64,000 nucleotides of DNA from Candidatus Polarisedimenticolia bacterium (lineage in GTDB: Bacteria > Acidobacteriota > Polarisedimenticolia > JACPZX01 > DASXTC01): the NCBI GenBank assembly GCA_035281445.1, contig DATEEA010000083.1:6625-70624 (forward strand), written 5' to 3'. This document shows positions 47,901 to 57,500 of this stretch, one piece after another. Position 1 is the first letter of the stretch. Each line of letters opens with the position of its first letter. The notes below the pieces were generated by a model, which saw nothing but the letters and a program-made list of their open reading frames with translations, was not told where the DNA came from and ran no database searches. The translations under genes and the position numbers were made by a program.

Positions 47901-50057
47901 GTCGGCGGGCGAGTGGATGAGCATCCCGCCCACCAGCGGCGACAGGCCGCCTGAGTCGGGGACCGGGCTGCCGTTCAGAGTCGTGCTGCCGGCGACGTAC
48001 GTCGTGTTCACCGGCACGGCATCGCGCAGCACGACGCCGGTGGCGTCTTCGTTGCCGATGTTCCTGACGGTGATGGTGTACCGCAGTGTCTCGCCCGCCA
48101 GCAGGACGGCCGGATCCCCCGTCAGGTCGGTCGAGGTCTTCTGCACCAGGAAGGAGGGGAACGAAACGATGGTCACTCTCGTCGGGTCCTCGTCGCCGGG
48201 GACCAGAGGATCGGCGGTCCCGTTGACGCCGGGGTCGTCGCTCAAGGTGAAGAGCGCGCCGCTGTCCAGGCGGAGCGCCGACTGGTTGGAGACGACGGTG
48301 CCGTTGGCCAGAGTGGAGGACAGCGTGATGTCGAACTGGATCACGACCTCGCCGGCGGCGGGCAGGCTCAGGTTCCGGACATCGAGGAGGCCCGTGCCGT
48401 CGGCACCGCCCGTGCTGCTGGTGGCGCTGATGTCGGCGCCGGCCGGCCAGGCGACCAGCGTCAGCGTGCCCGGCACGAACGCCGGCTGGGCGTTGAGGGC
48501 GTCCAGCTCGTCGACGATCCTGAAGTTGCTCAACGACTGGTCGGTCGCGCGGAAGCGCAGGGTGTACCGGAGAGTGTCACCCGGCGCTGCCGTCGTGGCG
48601 GGCGACGCGCCGCTGGTGAGGTCGGCGACGGTCTTCTCGAAGAAGAAACCGGTGAGCGCCACGGCCACGGTGTGCGCGTCCTGGTGGTCCTCGATCGAGG
48701 TCGTGCCGTCGGTCAGCGTGCGGGTGTAGGCCTGCCGATCCGGGTTGCTGTCGTCGCCGTTGAACCACTGGATGGCGCCGGCGATGTTGGTGAGCGTGGC
48801 GCCGTCCTGCGTGTCGGCGTCGAGCTGGGTCCGGTAGCGGAGGATGAGCCGCTCTCCCGGCCCGATGGTGGCGGCCGCCGTCAGCAAGGTGATGTCGAGG
48901 CGGCAGTTCGGCGCGCCGCTCCAGCTCATCACGTAGTCGGCGCCGGGGCTGAGCGGCCCTTTCCCGGGAACCGGGGTGACGCCGTCGGCGGCGAAGACCT
49001 GGGCGCTCTGGATCTGGGGCGTCAGGTCGCACATGCCGCCCGTCGCGCCGTCCGGGAAGTGATCGCGCAGCGAGACGTTCCAGGCGTCGCTCAGCCCGTC
49101 GTTGCGGACGTCGATGGCGAAATCGCCCCACTGGCCGAGGTTCATCGTCGCCGGGCCGGTCTTGTCCACGATCAGAAGAGGCGCGGCGATGGTCAGCGGC
49201 GCAGTGATGCCCCACTCGCCCGGCAGCGGCTCGTGAAAGACGTTGTCGATGAGCCGGCCGAAGTCCCACTTGGCGGTGTTGATGAACTGGGTCCCCGGCG
49301 CGTTGACCGGCGTGTCCTCCAGCACCACGGTCAGCTCGATGACGAACTGCCGCCCGGCATCCACGACCGGGATGTTGTCGAAGGTGAGGAAGCCGCCGAC
49401 GTTGGAGAAGGTGTGCGGAACGTCCGTGCCGTCATCGAGCCAGCGGGCGGTGTGGCCGACGTAGGTGAGATCCACGCCCGTCTCGTTGAGGTCGTCCCAG
49501 ACGGTGATGCTGTGCAGGTCGTTGGGCGACCCCTGGAAGTCGATGACCGTCCCGGTGGCCGGATCGAACAGGACCGGAATGATGAGCGTCCAGGTGAAGG
49601 GGACGCCGATGGTGGCCACCGCGGGGCCCGGCGGATTCTGCTTGTTGATCTTCTCGACGGGGATCAGGAGGTTCTGGCACCCCTCCTGGATCGTGCTGGA
49701 GGAGCCGTTGGTGAACCAGATCTTGTGCCCGTGAACGGAGCTGCACGCCATGTTCCCCGTGTGCACCACGTTGTCGAAGATGATCAGCCAGCGCTCGTTG
49801 GTCTGGCCCGGCTGCGTGAAGAAGCTGAAGTTGGTGGTGAGTGGGTTGGACGCCGGGAAGTTGCGGATGGTGCAATTGCCGTCGATATTGACGTTCGGCG
49901 GCGGGACCGGATTCACGAAGCCGTCGATCAGACCGCCGAAGGCCTGGCAGGCGAGCGCCTCGGTGGATCCGCCGGCGAGCACGCCGAGGAGCGGCATCAC
50001 CAGGAGGAGAGCCCTCCTGAGTGTGGCCTTCGATCCGCCCCCCTTTTTGCAGCCCAT
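44922..50057 (-). CDS. Giant (~1711 aa) secreted surface protein with DUF11 (conserved repeat domain) and SdrD-B/Cna-B-like repeats
   Basis: It has a signal peptide (MGCKKGGGSKATLRRALLLVMPLLGVLAGGSTEALA) after a GAGGA Shine-Dalgarno. Multiple DUF11-type units occur (TLRYTITVRNIGNEDATGVVLRDAVPVNTTYVAGS; VLRYTITVQNSAAIPATSIVLTDTVPANTTYV; LEYVVLVSNIGAVPALNVVITDTLDP), alongside SdrD-B-like units (VSGSVWHDADFDQSRDAGE...DANGDYRI; VTGKVFDDANRNQRQDEGE...DAHGRYHI). Confidence 0.7.
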   Translation of the reverse strand: MGCKKGGGSKATLRRALLLVMPLLGVLAGGSTEALACQAFGGLIDGFVNPVPPPNVNIDGNCTIRNFPASNPLTTNFSFFTQPGQTNERWLIIFDNVVHTGNMACSSVHGHKIWFTNGSSSTIQEGCQNLLIPVEKINKQNPPGPAVATIGVPFTWTLIIPVLFDPATGTVIDFQGSPNDLHSITVWDDLNETGVDLTYVGHTARWLDDGTDVPHTFSNVGGFLTFDNIPVVDAGRQFVIELTVVLEDTPVNAPGTQFINTAKWDFGRLIDNVFHEPLPGEWGITAPLTIAAPLLIVDKTGPATMNLGQWGDFAIDVRNDGLSDAWNVSLRDHFPDGATGGMCDLTPQIQSAQVFAADGVTPVPGKGPLSPGADYVMSWSGAPNCRLDITLLTAAATIGPGERLILRYRTQLDADTQDGATLTNIAGAIQWFNGDDSNPDRQAYTRTLTDGTTSIEDHQDAHTVAVALTGFFFEKTVADLTSGASPATTAAPGDTLRYTLRFRATDQSLSNFRIVDELDALNAQPAFVPGTLTLVAWPAGADISATSSTGGADGTGLLDVRNLSLPAAGEVVIQFDITLSSTLANGTVVSNQSALRLDSGALFTLSDDPGVNGTADPLVPGDEDPTRVTIVSFPSFLVQKTSTDLTGDPAVLLAGETLRYTITVRNIGNEDATGVVLRDAVPVNTTYVAGSTTLNGSPVPDSGGLSPLVGGMLIHSPADPTPGSMPAGASGPPTNVATITFDVVVNPNVVNGTIISNQGFVSATSSGIVDHPSDDPDTPIAGDPTRDIVGNFPLLFADKRAALQVDLGSPGVVDPGDVLRYTITVQNSAAIPATSIVLTDTVPANTTYVTNSTLLNGLPVGQPDGGVFPLASGIDISSSDLTPPLPGPGAGTISPGGAAVVQFDLRVDPGTPAGTLISNQAVVGSAELPDLPTDGDGNPATGPEPTVVVVGDGQQLSIAKQVAVVAGGAALPGAELEYVVLVSNIGAVPALNVVITDTLDPSQLAYVPGSATMDGSAAGVSFAGSTITANHAAVSGPLEPGEQVVLRFRAVLDPGLAQGTVVTNTGVVAWNTPAQTASASVSIVVGGIPGVAVLSGSVWHDADFDQSRDAGERSLAGWAVDLHRDGQPLHSAITDANGDYRIIGVEPNDASGAQYEIRFRAPGAGPATAMLGRAASAFTNGLQRISGILVTSGASVQGLNLPIQPNGVIYNAVARTPIPGASLSLLDSGAASPLPAACFDDAAQQGQVTLADGYYKFDINFSDPACPPGGDYLIAVTAPPGATFLPGGSQIIPPASDGSTPAFSVPACPGGPDDAIPATGQHCEVQPSELAPGAGVPPRSAGTTHHLHLTLDGSLPPGSSQIFNNHIPLDPQLSGSVAVSKTTPALNVMRGQLIPYVITVSNLSGMLLTDAAIVDRFPAGFSYVQGSALLDGVPAEPSIAGRELTWSGLVIAATEARTLKLLLAVGAGVGEGEHVNSALVVNGATGGALSGEATATVRLVPDPTFDCTDVTGKVFDDANRNQRQDEGEAGLPGVRLATARGLQAATDAHGRYHITCAITPHEARGSNFVLKLDDRTLPSGYRMSTDQVQVKRATRGKALTIDFGASIHRVVAIDLSDAAFEPDATGIRPQWRPRLDLLLAELRKAPAVLRLSYVADTEDAGLVERRMDAVKSAILGAWDEADAYPLTIEPEIFWRLGAPPRKRGTRAPDGR

Positions 50058-50286
50058 GGAGTCCTCGCTCCGCTCGCCGGGCGTCGCCGCCGCGCTGGGA
50101 AGGGACCGAGGCCATCCACGTCGTGGACTGGATTCCGGCGGTCCCGCCGTCCTGGGGCCCTGGGGCCCTTTAGACCGGTGACTTTGCGTCGCCATCTTTC
50201 GATGGCTTTGCCCTTGTCAGAATCTTCGATGTCAGAGGATCAGATTCGCAGCGTGTCGTGATCTCCTGGTCGCCGTGTCATGGCCG
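50058..50286 (-). promoter_or_regulatory. 229-nt intergenic region with a lower-GC segment and a TGTCAGA direct repeat, probably the promoter of the giant adhesin/OmpA-barrel gene pair
   Basis: The plus strand reads ttgcccttgtcagaatcttcgatgtcagaggatcagattcgcagcgtgtcgtga, with TGTCAGA twice 15 nt apart. It is the only sizeable non-coding gap inside the 20-kb co-oriented cluster. Confidence 0.25.
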
Positions 50287-51855
50287 CTAGCCGCCGGCCG
50301 CGCCGGCGTCGTAGGCCGGCAGGAAGTCGATCGGGTACACGATGGTCAGCGCCTGCACCCCTTCCTTGGCGCCGAACTGGATGGTCCTGACGCGGGCCAC
50401 GACCTGGGCTGCCAGATCCGGGGCGTCCATGTCGGTGGACTGCAGCGCGCACATCGACACGCTGCCGTCCGGCTCGATGGTCAGCCGCAGCACCATCTGG
50501 CCCTGCAAGGCCGGGTTCTTGCGCAGCTCCCGGTTGTAGAGCCTGTAGAACGATGCCTTGTAGCGGTCGAAGACGATCTGGATTTCCTCATCCGTGCGGG
50601 ACGGCCCGGGGCCGCTGGCCAGCGGACGGTCGCCGCCCCCCCCGCCGATCGAGGCGATCGGGCTGCCGACCTGCGCGGGATGGAGCCCGCCGCCGCCCCC
50701 GCCTCCGCCTCCCCCGCCTCCTCCATCGCCGTGCAGCGCGCTGCCTCGCCCTTGTCCCGTGCCCCCGCCTCCGCCTCCGCCCAGGTTGCGGCTCAGCGAG
50801 GCCAGGTTGATCCCGCCGCTCGAGCCTGGGGCGTTGGTGGTCAGCATGGAGCGCGTGGATGCCGGGCTCACCTCATCGGCCTGGCCATAGCGCGCCGCGG
50901 CCCCGAGGCGCGGAGCAACCTTGTCCTGCGCCAACGTCGCGAACTGGTCACGGAAGGCCAGGATCCCCGGCTTGCCCGGCTTCTCCGCCGGAGGGGCTTG
51001 AGCCGAGACGAAGGTCTCCGGTCCCGGGGGCAGACCCGGCGCCCCCGGCGCCGCCTCCCCGGCCGGCCCGGATGGCGCCGGCGCGGCCTCGGCCATCGCC
51101 GGCTCGTCCTGCGGAGAGGGTTGGGGCGGCGCTTCAGGCTTGGGCTTGTGCCGCTCCTGGCGCTCCGGATCGAGAGGCGCCTGAGGAGCGGCCGGAGGCT
51201 GCGGCAAGGGCTTCGCCTGGACCTCCCGGATGAACTGCACCAGCCGCTCGGGCATCTCCTCCGGAGTGAGGCGCCTGGGCTGGGGCAGCGGGATCATCGG
51301 GAGCAGCGCGCCGAAGCTCAGGCTGACCACGAGCGACGCGGCCAGGGCCCTGCGGAACCGGCTGTCCTCCTCGGCGCCGCGCGCCCAGGCCATGAGCTGG
51401 ACACGGCGGGGGATGGGACTGATCTCCCGCTCTTCCACCCATTCCAGCTTCCGCCGCTCCTCCTCCTGGCGGACGTCGTACAGATCCTCCCCCAGGAGCT
51501 CCAGGACCTCCTCTTCGCGGCCGATGCCGGCCAGGATGGCCCGGCGCCGCTCGTCGAGCGCGCCAAGCTGCGCCTGGAAGGCGCTCACGCGGCCGCGCGC
51601 CCCGCGGAGCTGCTCCTCGGACCGGGCCCCCTCCGCGCGCTCGCCCCAGAAGAGCGACGCGGCGCCCATCGCGGCCAGCTTCTCCAGCGAGCCGCAGGCC
51701 TGCTCCAGCAGCTCGTGCTGGGCCCGCCGCGGCGCCAGACTCTCGAGCTGGTCGTCCACGGCCCGCAGATCCGCGGCCAGGCCCTGCATCCTTCCGTGGG
51801 CCTGATCCACCTTCGCGCGCAGCTCGTTCTCTTCCTGTGACCTCATGGCGTCCAT
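50287..51855 (-). CDS. TonB-like energy transducer with an AgmX/PglI-type C-terminal domain (GltG/NfsG-like)
   Basis: A 522-aa ORF. It has a cytoplasmic coiled-coil N-terminus, one TM helix (LAASLVVSLSFGALLPMIPL), a Pro-rich linker and a long Gly run. The C-terminal domain is EIQIVFDRYKASFYRLYNRELRKNPALQGQMVLRLTIEPDGSV...ALTIVYPIDF (TonB_C/AgmX-like). Confidence 0.7.
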   Translation of the reverse strand: MDAMRSQEENELRAKVDQAHGRMQGLAADLRAVDDQLESLAPRRAQHELLEQACGSLEKLAAMGAASLFWGERAEGARSEEQLRGARGRVSAFQAQLGALDERRRAILAGIGREEEVLELLGEDLYDVRQEEERRKLEWVEEREISPIPRRVQLMAWARGAEEDSRFRRALAASLVVSLSFGALLPMIPLPQPRRLTPEEMPERLVQFIREVQAKPLPQPPAAPQAPLDPERQERHKPKPEAPPQPSPQDEPAMAEAAPAPSGPAGEAAPGAPGLPPGPETFVSAQAPPAEKPGKPGILAFRDQFATLAQDKVAPRLGAAARYGQADEVSPASTRSMLTTNAPGSSGGINLASLSRNLGGGGGGGTGQGRGSALHGDGGGGGGGGGGGGGLHPAQVGSPIASIGGGGGDRPLASGPGPSRTDEEIQIVFDRYKASFYRLYNRELRKNPALQGQMVLRLTIEPDGSVSMCALQSTDMDAPDLAAQVVARVRTIQFGAKEGVQALTIVYPIDFLPAYDAGAAGG

Positions 51856-51865
51856 TCGGTCCGTC

Positions 51866-52366
51866 CTAGGTTGACTGCGTGGCCTTCTGGACCACGGCCA
51901 GCGACACGCGCGTGTAGCCCTGCGCCGTGCACGTGGCCAGGATCTTCTTCAGCACGCTGAACGGGATCGACTTGTCCGCGAGGACCGTCACTTCGTGGCT
52001 CTCGGCGACGGCCTGCGTGCTCAGCCCGATGACGGTCCCGCTCAGCTCCGCGAGCCGTGCGCCGATCGGCCCGATCTCGACGTTTCCGGCCGCCTGGATG
52101 TCGGCCACCCGCGCCACGGGCACTCCCTGGACCAGGACCTCCTCCGTGCCCACGACGATCACCACGGTCTCGCGCGGCTTCTCCTCGACCACCGATTCGG
52201 GCAGAGTGATCTGGCTGGGCTTCTGGAGCGTCTCCACCGCGCTGCCCGAGTTGACCACCAGGAAGAACACCAGGGTCGTGAAGACGTCCATCAGCGAGGT
52301 GAGCTGCAGCTTGGGCACGGCGTTCTTGTTGCGCGTCATGCGCCGGATACGGCGCGAGGTGTTCAT
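51866..52366 (-). CDS. ExbD/TolR-family biopolymer transport protein (AglS/AglQ-like)
   Basis: A 166-aa ORF with LTSLMDVFTTLVFFLVV, the conserved single TM helix of ExbD/TolR. Its start overlaps the upstream ExbD stop. Confidence 0.85.
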   Translation of the reverse strand: MNTSRRIRRMTRNKNAVPKLQLTSLMDVFTTLVFFLVVNSGSAVETLQKPSQITLPESVVEEKPRETVVIVVGTEEVLVQGVPVARVADIQAAGNVEIGPIGARLAELSGTVIGLSTQAVAESHEVTVLADKSIPFSVLKKILATCTAQGYTRVSLAVVQKATQST

Positions 52367-52842
52367 GGCGCGTCTCCTATGGAAATCGCCGTGAACAGCT
52401 CGGCGCGGACCGTCTTGCCGCCCTCCAGCGTCTCGGCGGACCGGAGGGTGTCCATGACCTGGATGAGGTGGTCGTAGGGGATGTCCGCTTCGAGGAGCAC
52501 CGAGGCGTCGTTCTTCTCCGGATACTCCCGCTTGATCGCCACCAGGTACTCGGACAGCTTGCCCAGATCGTAGGCTTCGCCGTCCTTCGGGATCGCCGCG
52601 ATCACCTGCGAGCCATCCATGATCTCCAACCCCGCCTGCCGGACCACCACCTCCACCCGGAAGGTGGGGGTCGTGGGCGGGGCGCTGTTGATGCTCGGCA
52701 GATCCAGCTCGGCGATGGTGATGCGCGAGAAGACGGCGGTGATGAGCAGGAACGGCACGAGCACGACCATCAGGTTCATGAAGCTGGTCATGTCGATGTC
52801 GGTCGCCTCCTTGTGGCGGCGGTAATGGTGTATTCGTGCCAT
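52363..52842 (-). CDS. ExbD/TolR-family biopolymer transport protein (second copy)
   Basis: A 159-aa ORF with MTSFMNLMVVLVPFLLITAVF. The start MARIHHYRRHKEATDIDMTSF follows AAGGAGG. The track ORF is over-extended to 53352. Confidence 0.85.
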   Translation of the reverse strand: MARIHHYRRHKEATDIDMTSFMNLMVVLVPFLLITAVFSRITIAELDLPSINSAPPTTPTFRVEVVVRQAGLEIMDGSQVIAAIPKDGEAYDLGKLSEYLVAIKREYPEKNDASVLLEADIPYDHLIQVMDTLRSAETLEGGKTVRAELFTAISIGDAP

Positions 52843-52847
52843 GCTCG

Positions 52848-53498
52848 TTACACCGCGACCTGGCGCTTGGCCATGGCCGTGATCACGTTGAGCGCCTTCA
52901 CCGACGCCATCTCCAGGCTGTCCACGATCTCGCCGGTCTTGGCCGTCAGCACGGAGTGCGTCACCAGCAGCGGGATGGCCACGATCAGCCCGAAGGCCGT
53001 CGTGTTCATGGCCACGGAGATGCTGGCCGACAGCAGGTCCGCCCTTTCCGCGGGGTTGGCGTCGGACACGGCCTGGAACCCCTGGATCAGGCCGATGATC
53101 GTCCCCAGCAGGCCCAGCAGTGTGGCGACGTTCGCCCCCAGCGCGACGTAGGCGGTGCGCTTCTCGAGCTGCGGGATGATCTCCATCATCGTCTCTTCCA
53201 TGGCGATCTCGATGTCCTCCCGCCGCCGCACCGCGCCCTGCCGTGCGAGGCCCATGCTCAGCAGCCGCGACACCGTGGAGTCGTCCTTGCTGGTCATCTC
53301 CCTGGCCTTCTCGAAGTCCCCGGTGGCCAGCGCGGGCTCCAGCTGGCTCCACATGCCTTCATTCCTGCGCCTCACACGGGTGAGCGTGACGTAGCGCTCG
53401 ACGGCGATGGCGATGCCGACCGCGAACACGACCAGGATGGGGTACATGAAAGGCCCCCCCGTGACGAAGAACTTGACCATGGAATAAAGCGCGTCCAT
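52848..53498 (-). CDS. MotA/TolQ/ExbB proton-channel family protein (AglR-like)
   Basis: The motif ...RTAYVALGANVATLLGLLGTIIGLIQGFQAV... is the conserved TM2/TM3 signature of ExbB/TolQ. The start is placed at MDALYSMVKFF (the track ORF starts 16 codons earlier). Confidence 0.85.
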   Translation of the reverse strand: MDALYSMVKFFVTGGPFMYPILVVFAVGIAIAVERYVTLTRVRRRNEGMWSQLEPALATGDFEKAREMTSKDDSTVSRLLSMGLARQGAVRRREDIEIAMEETMMEIIPQLEKRTAYVALGANVATLLGLLGTIIGLIQGFQAVSDANPAERADLLSASISVAMNTTAFGLIVAIPLLVTHSVLTAKTGEIVDSLEMASVKALNVITAMAKRQVAV

Positions 53499-53578
53499 AT
53501 GCGACCTCCCTCCTTCCATCCTGCCGATGGAGTTGCCGACCACCAACCACAGCCACGCTCGAACGCCGCGTCACCCGC

Positions 53579-53929
53579 TCATCTGGCGCCCGACCGGATC
53601 TCGTAATAGCTGAGCGCGCGCAGGAACACATCCCTGTCCACGGGCTTCCGGGAGTCGTCGAGCAGGGTCGTCAGACCCATGGAGACGCCCAGCTCCGAGC
53701 TTTTCCAGGGGACGATGACCAGCGACTTGGGCGCCTCCTGATTGCCCAGGATGGACATGCCGTCGATCCGCTTGGCCTCTTCGGCCTTCTGCTTGGGGTC
53801 CTTCTTCGGCTCCTTCCCGGCGGCCTCGCTTCCGCCGGAGGGTGTCCCCTGGTCCGATGACGGCTGTTCCTCGGCGGACAGGAGTGCCGTGGCCAGCAGC
53901 AGCGGTACGATCCAAGGACTCCGTCTCAT
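53579..53929 (-). CDS. Small secreted protein (116 aa), function unknown (GltF/NfsF-like position)
   Basis: The start [21 protein letters not shown] follows a GGAGGAG Shine-Dalgarno, and its ATGA overlaps the upstream TPR gene. The middle is Lys/Glu-rich. No known domain is recognised. Confidence 0.5.
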   Translation of the reverse strand: MRRSPWIVPLLLATALLSAEEQPSSDQGTPSGGSEAAGKEPKKDPKQKAEEAKRIDGMSILGNQEAPKSLVIVPWKSSELGVSMGLTTLLDDSRKPVDRDVFLRALSYYEIRSGAR

Positions 53930-54597
53930 GGCTCCTCCTTCCGGCGCTCGCGCTGGCGAAGGTCGGCGATCCACTTCACGGCCTCGGCATCCTGCGGAGC
54001 GAGCTTGCTGTAGGTCTCGTAGTGCTCCAGGGCGCACGCGTGGTCGCCGAGGTACAGGTCGCAGAGGATGGCCAGGTTCCTGTGCGCGTGGTGGAAGCCG
54101 GGAAAACGGTCCAGGGCCGCCTCGTAGCAGGCCCGCGCCTCCGCGAACCGGCCCCGGCGCCGCTGCACCAGCCCCAGCTCGTTGTGGGTCACGGGGTGCC
54201 TGGGGTCGAGCTCCAGAGCCGTCTTCAGGCTGGCCTCGGCGCGCTCCAGGTCGCCGGTGCGCGCGTAGGCCATGCCGAGATTGATGTGCGCCGCCGTCAG
54301 GAGGGGAGCCCGCTCGGTCACTTCCAGAAGGAGCGCGATGCCCGGCTCGTGCTTCGCTTCCTCCAGCAGGCGCACCGCTTTCTCGAAATCGGCGCGAACC
54401 TGTGCCGGGACGCGCGCGCGCTGGGTGATGATGAACCCGCCTTCGTCCTGCTCCACCTCCACCTTCGCAGCCTTCCGTTCCGGCTCCTGCTTGTCCCCCT
54501 TGGCGTAGGCGGCTGCGCAGACGGCGAGCAGAAGCGCCAGCCACGGCACCCTGCGGGCGATCCTTGTCAGGGCACGCTGATCACTCGGGGTCCGCAT
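53926..54597 (-). CDS. Periplasmic TPR-repeat protein
   Basis: A 223-aa ORF with a signal peptide ([16 protein letters not shown]) and 3-4 TPR units ([42 protein letters not shown]...). The 5' end overlaps the upstream gene by 17 nt, so the start may be slightly downstream. Confidence 0.7.
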   Translation of the reverse strand: MRTPSDQRALTRIARRVPWLALLLAVCAAAYAKGDKQEPERKAAKVEVEQDEGGFIITQRARVPAQVRADFEKAVRLLEEAKHEPGIALLLEVTERAPLLTAAHINLGMAYARTGDLERAEASLKTALELDPRHPVTHNELGLVQRRRGRFAEARACYEAALDRFPGFHHAHRNLAILCDLYLGDHACALEHYETYSKLAPQDAEAVKWIADLRQRERRKEEP

Positions 54598-57500
54598 CGT
54601 CCATCCTCTGCTCTTCCACGACGGCCGGCTCGGGCTTCGCCGGATCGACGGGGGGATCTCCCGGCGCCGGGACAGCCGCCTGCGCCGCGGGCGTCCGGTA
54701 GATGTAGGTGTCGATGGCCCGGAGAAAGCCTCCGCTCGTCTCGGTCCTGGCGTAGCGTCCGGGCATCAGCTCGACCAGCTTGGCGAGGCTCTTCTCCACC
54801 CAGGGGCTGGCGAGGCCGGCCCGCATCAGCTCCAGGTTCTTCTCGTGGAAGGCGATGGCCTTCTCCTCGAAGGGGAACGCCTCTTCCTCCAGGGCCAGCT
54901 CGTACTCCTGGAGCTCGGCCTGCGGCAGGTCGGCCGGCCGCTCGGATTCGGCCAGCGACCGGCTGAAGTCGAGATAGATCTCGGCCATGTAGTGCGTGGC
55001 TGCCGCCGTGACGTCTCCTATCTCGTACTCCACCAGCCGGTTCATGGCCTCGATCGCGGCGTCCATGCGCTGCTTCTTGTCTTGAAGGCTCGTCTCGAAC
55101 GGCTGCAAGAGCTTCACCGCCAGGAACTCCTGGTAGAGGTGCTCCGAAAGGACCAGCGCCGAGCGCGCTGCCAGCGTCCTGGTCCGGCCCGTCCTGTGCG
55201 GCCCTGCCTCCGCGTCGATGCGGACGATGTCCGCCAGCTCCTGGCGGTAGAGCGGCTCGTCGTGCCGTGTCTTGTGGATCTCGGCGATCTTGAACCGTGT
55301 CTCCAGGGCCGTCTCCACCGGCTGGGGGAACTCGGCGACGTAGCGACGGTAGGCGTCCAGTGCCCGGCCGGGGGCCTGCGACTCCTCGTGGAGACTCCCC
55401 GCCACGAGAAGGGCCTCGCCGCGCAGCGCCGGGTCGCCGGACTCCGACGCCAGCCGCTCGTACTCCTCGGCGGAGCGCGACACCTGGCCGCTCTGACGGT
55501 AGGCGAAGGCGATCTGCCGGGTGGCCTCGAGGTGCAGCGCGTGTCCGGGATGCTCCTCCCGGAAGGCTTCGAGCACGCTCGCGGCGGCTGTCCAGTCCTG
55601 CAGCTCCATCAGCGCCGCGCCGGCGTCGTACTCGGCCGCTGCGCGGATGGTGGAGTCCGGAGCCGCCGAGCGGATCCTCAGAAAATGATCCGCGGCCACC
55701 CGATGGTCCTGCGCCTCCTTGGCCAGCTCGCCCTGCTTGTAGATGGAAGCGGCCAGGTTGTCCACCAGCGCGGCGCGCGACGGGTCGTCCTCGGGCGTGG
55801 CCGAGAGCACCTGGCCGTAGGCCTGCTCGGCCCGGAGATAGTCCGCCAGCTCGAAGGAGCCGTGCGCCACCACGACCCAGGCGGAGCGGCCGATGTCCCG
55901 GCCCGCGCCGGGGTAGGCATCGATCACGCGCTGGGCGGCGGCGATGGCCTCGGGGTAGCTCTTCATCTCGTAGAGGTCGTCGGCTGCGGCTCCCAGGATG
56001 GCCGGGACGTGCTCGTGATCGGGGAAGGTGTCCGCGAACCGTATGGAGCTGGCGACCGTGTCGCGCTGGACGGTCTCGCGCTGCTCCTGGCCCGAGGCCT
56101 TCATCTCCTCGCGGTAGGCGTAGATCGCGGCGTAGCCCGCGGCGGCCGACTGGTCGTGCGGCGGGTAGCCGTAGGCCGTGCGTTCGTACTGCCTGGCCGC
56201 CTCCCGGTAATCCTTGTGCTCGAGGAGGAGATCCGCGAACTGGTAGTTGATGGGCGGGGAGTCGGCGTCCGTGGGGAAGGACTCCAGGTAGCCGCCGTAC
56301 CATCGGAGGGCCTCCTGATAGCTGGCCAGCTTCTCATCGGCGGCCGCGGCGCCCTGGTACTGGGCGTGGTAGTGCGTGGCCAGGTCCTTCAGGTTGGTCT
56401 TGAGGTAGGCCAGCACCTCGGGCCTCTCCTCGGGCCGGAAGTGGCTCCAGTACTCGGCCTTCAGTCCGTACCTGGCCGCGAAGTCCCGCTTGGACTCCAG
56501 CACCAGCTTGGGGAACTCACCCTGGGTGAACGTCTCCACGATGCGCATGCCGAAGTCGGGCGCCGCGCGGTGGAACGGATAGAGAGCGGTGAAGGTCCTG
56601 TACGTCTTCGCGGCGTCGTCGTAGCGCAGCTTGGCCAGGTAGTGCTCGCCGAGATGGGCATAGACGCGGTCCTCGTACGAGCGGTTGCCCGAGGCGGAGA
56701 AGTAATCCCGGACGGCGTCCGCCCCGCCCAGGTTGTTGAAGCTCAGGCTGATCACCCGGAAGGTGTCGGCGACGCGGCGTTCGTCGTCCTCCGCCTGCCT
56801 CTCATCGAAGTCGTATCCGATCGACACCTTGTGGTCGAGCAGCGCCATGTACTTGTGCAGGGCCTCTTCGTAGAAGTCCTGCTTGTAGAGGGTCCATCCC
56901 AGCTTGTAGAGGGCCAGTTCGTAGTACTCGGAGGCCGCGCCTCGCTCGATGATGGGGGAGTAGGCGCCCTCGGCTTCCCGGTAGCGCTTGCGGGTGAAGA
57001 AGTACTCGCCGCGCCGGAACTGCACTTCGTCGAAGTGCTCCGACTGCGGGTTCGCCCGGATCATGCGCTCCATTGTCTCCATGGCCTCGTCCGTGCGCCC
57101 GAGCTCGTCGAGGGCGCGCGCCATCTGATACAGGACCTGGTCGTTGTGCCGGTAGCTCGGGTACTCGGCGAGAAGGCGCTCGTAGAGGGCGATGGCCTCG
57201 ATCGGCCCTTGCGGATCCTCGCGCACGCCGGCCAGGCCCGGCGGGACGGCGCCGCCGGGCCCGAGGAACCCGCTCGCGGCGGTCGTGCGCTGCTCGAAGT
57301 CCGCCTCGGACTCGGTCAGGCCGGCCCCGGCCACGGCCGGAGACGGGTCCATCGTGTCGGCGTCGGCCAGGGCGGGCTGCGGCGCGGCCAGCTCCCGGAC
57401 CTTGCCGTCGTCGGCCCGCAGGCCGAACTGCTTCTCGATCTGCAAGTCCGCGAGGCGCCGCATCGCCTCGGGGGTCATGGGCGTCTCGGGCGTCTCCTCC

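Noticed and set aside
39728-50261. Numerous long alternative-frame ORFs across the two giant genes (for example 40957..45009 +, 45234..47954 +, 48672..50261 +, 39883..40923 +)
   Set aside because: GC-artefact frames. The sense frame contains recognisable OmpA_C, DUF11 and SdrD-B motifs and signal peptides.
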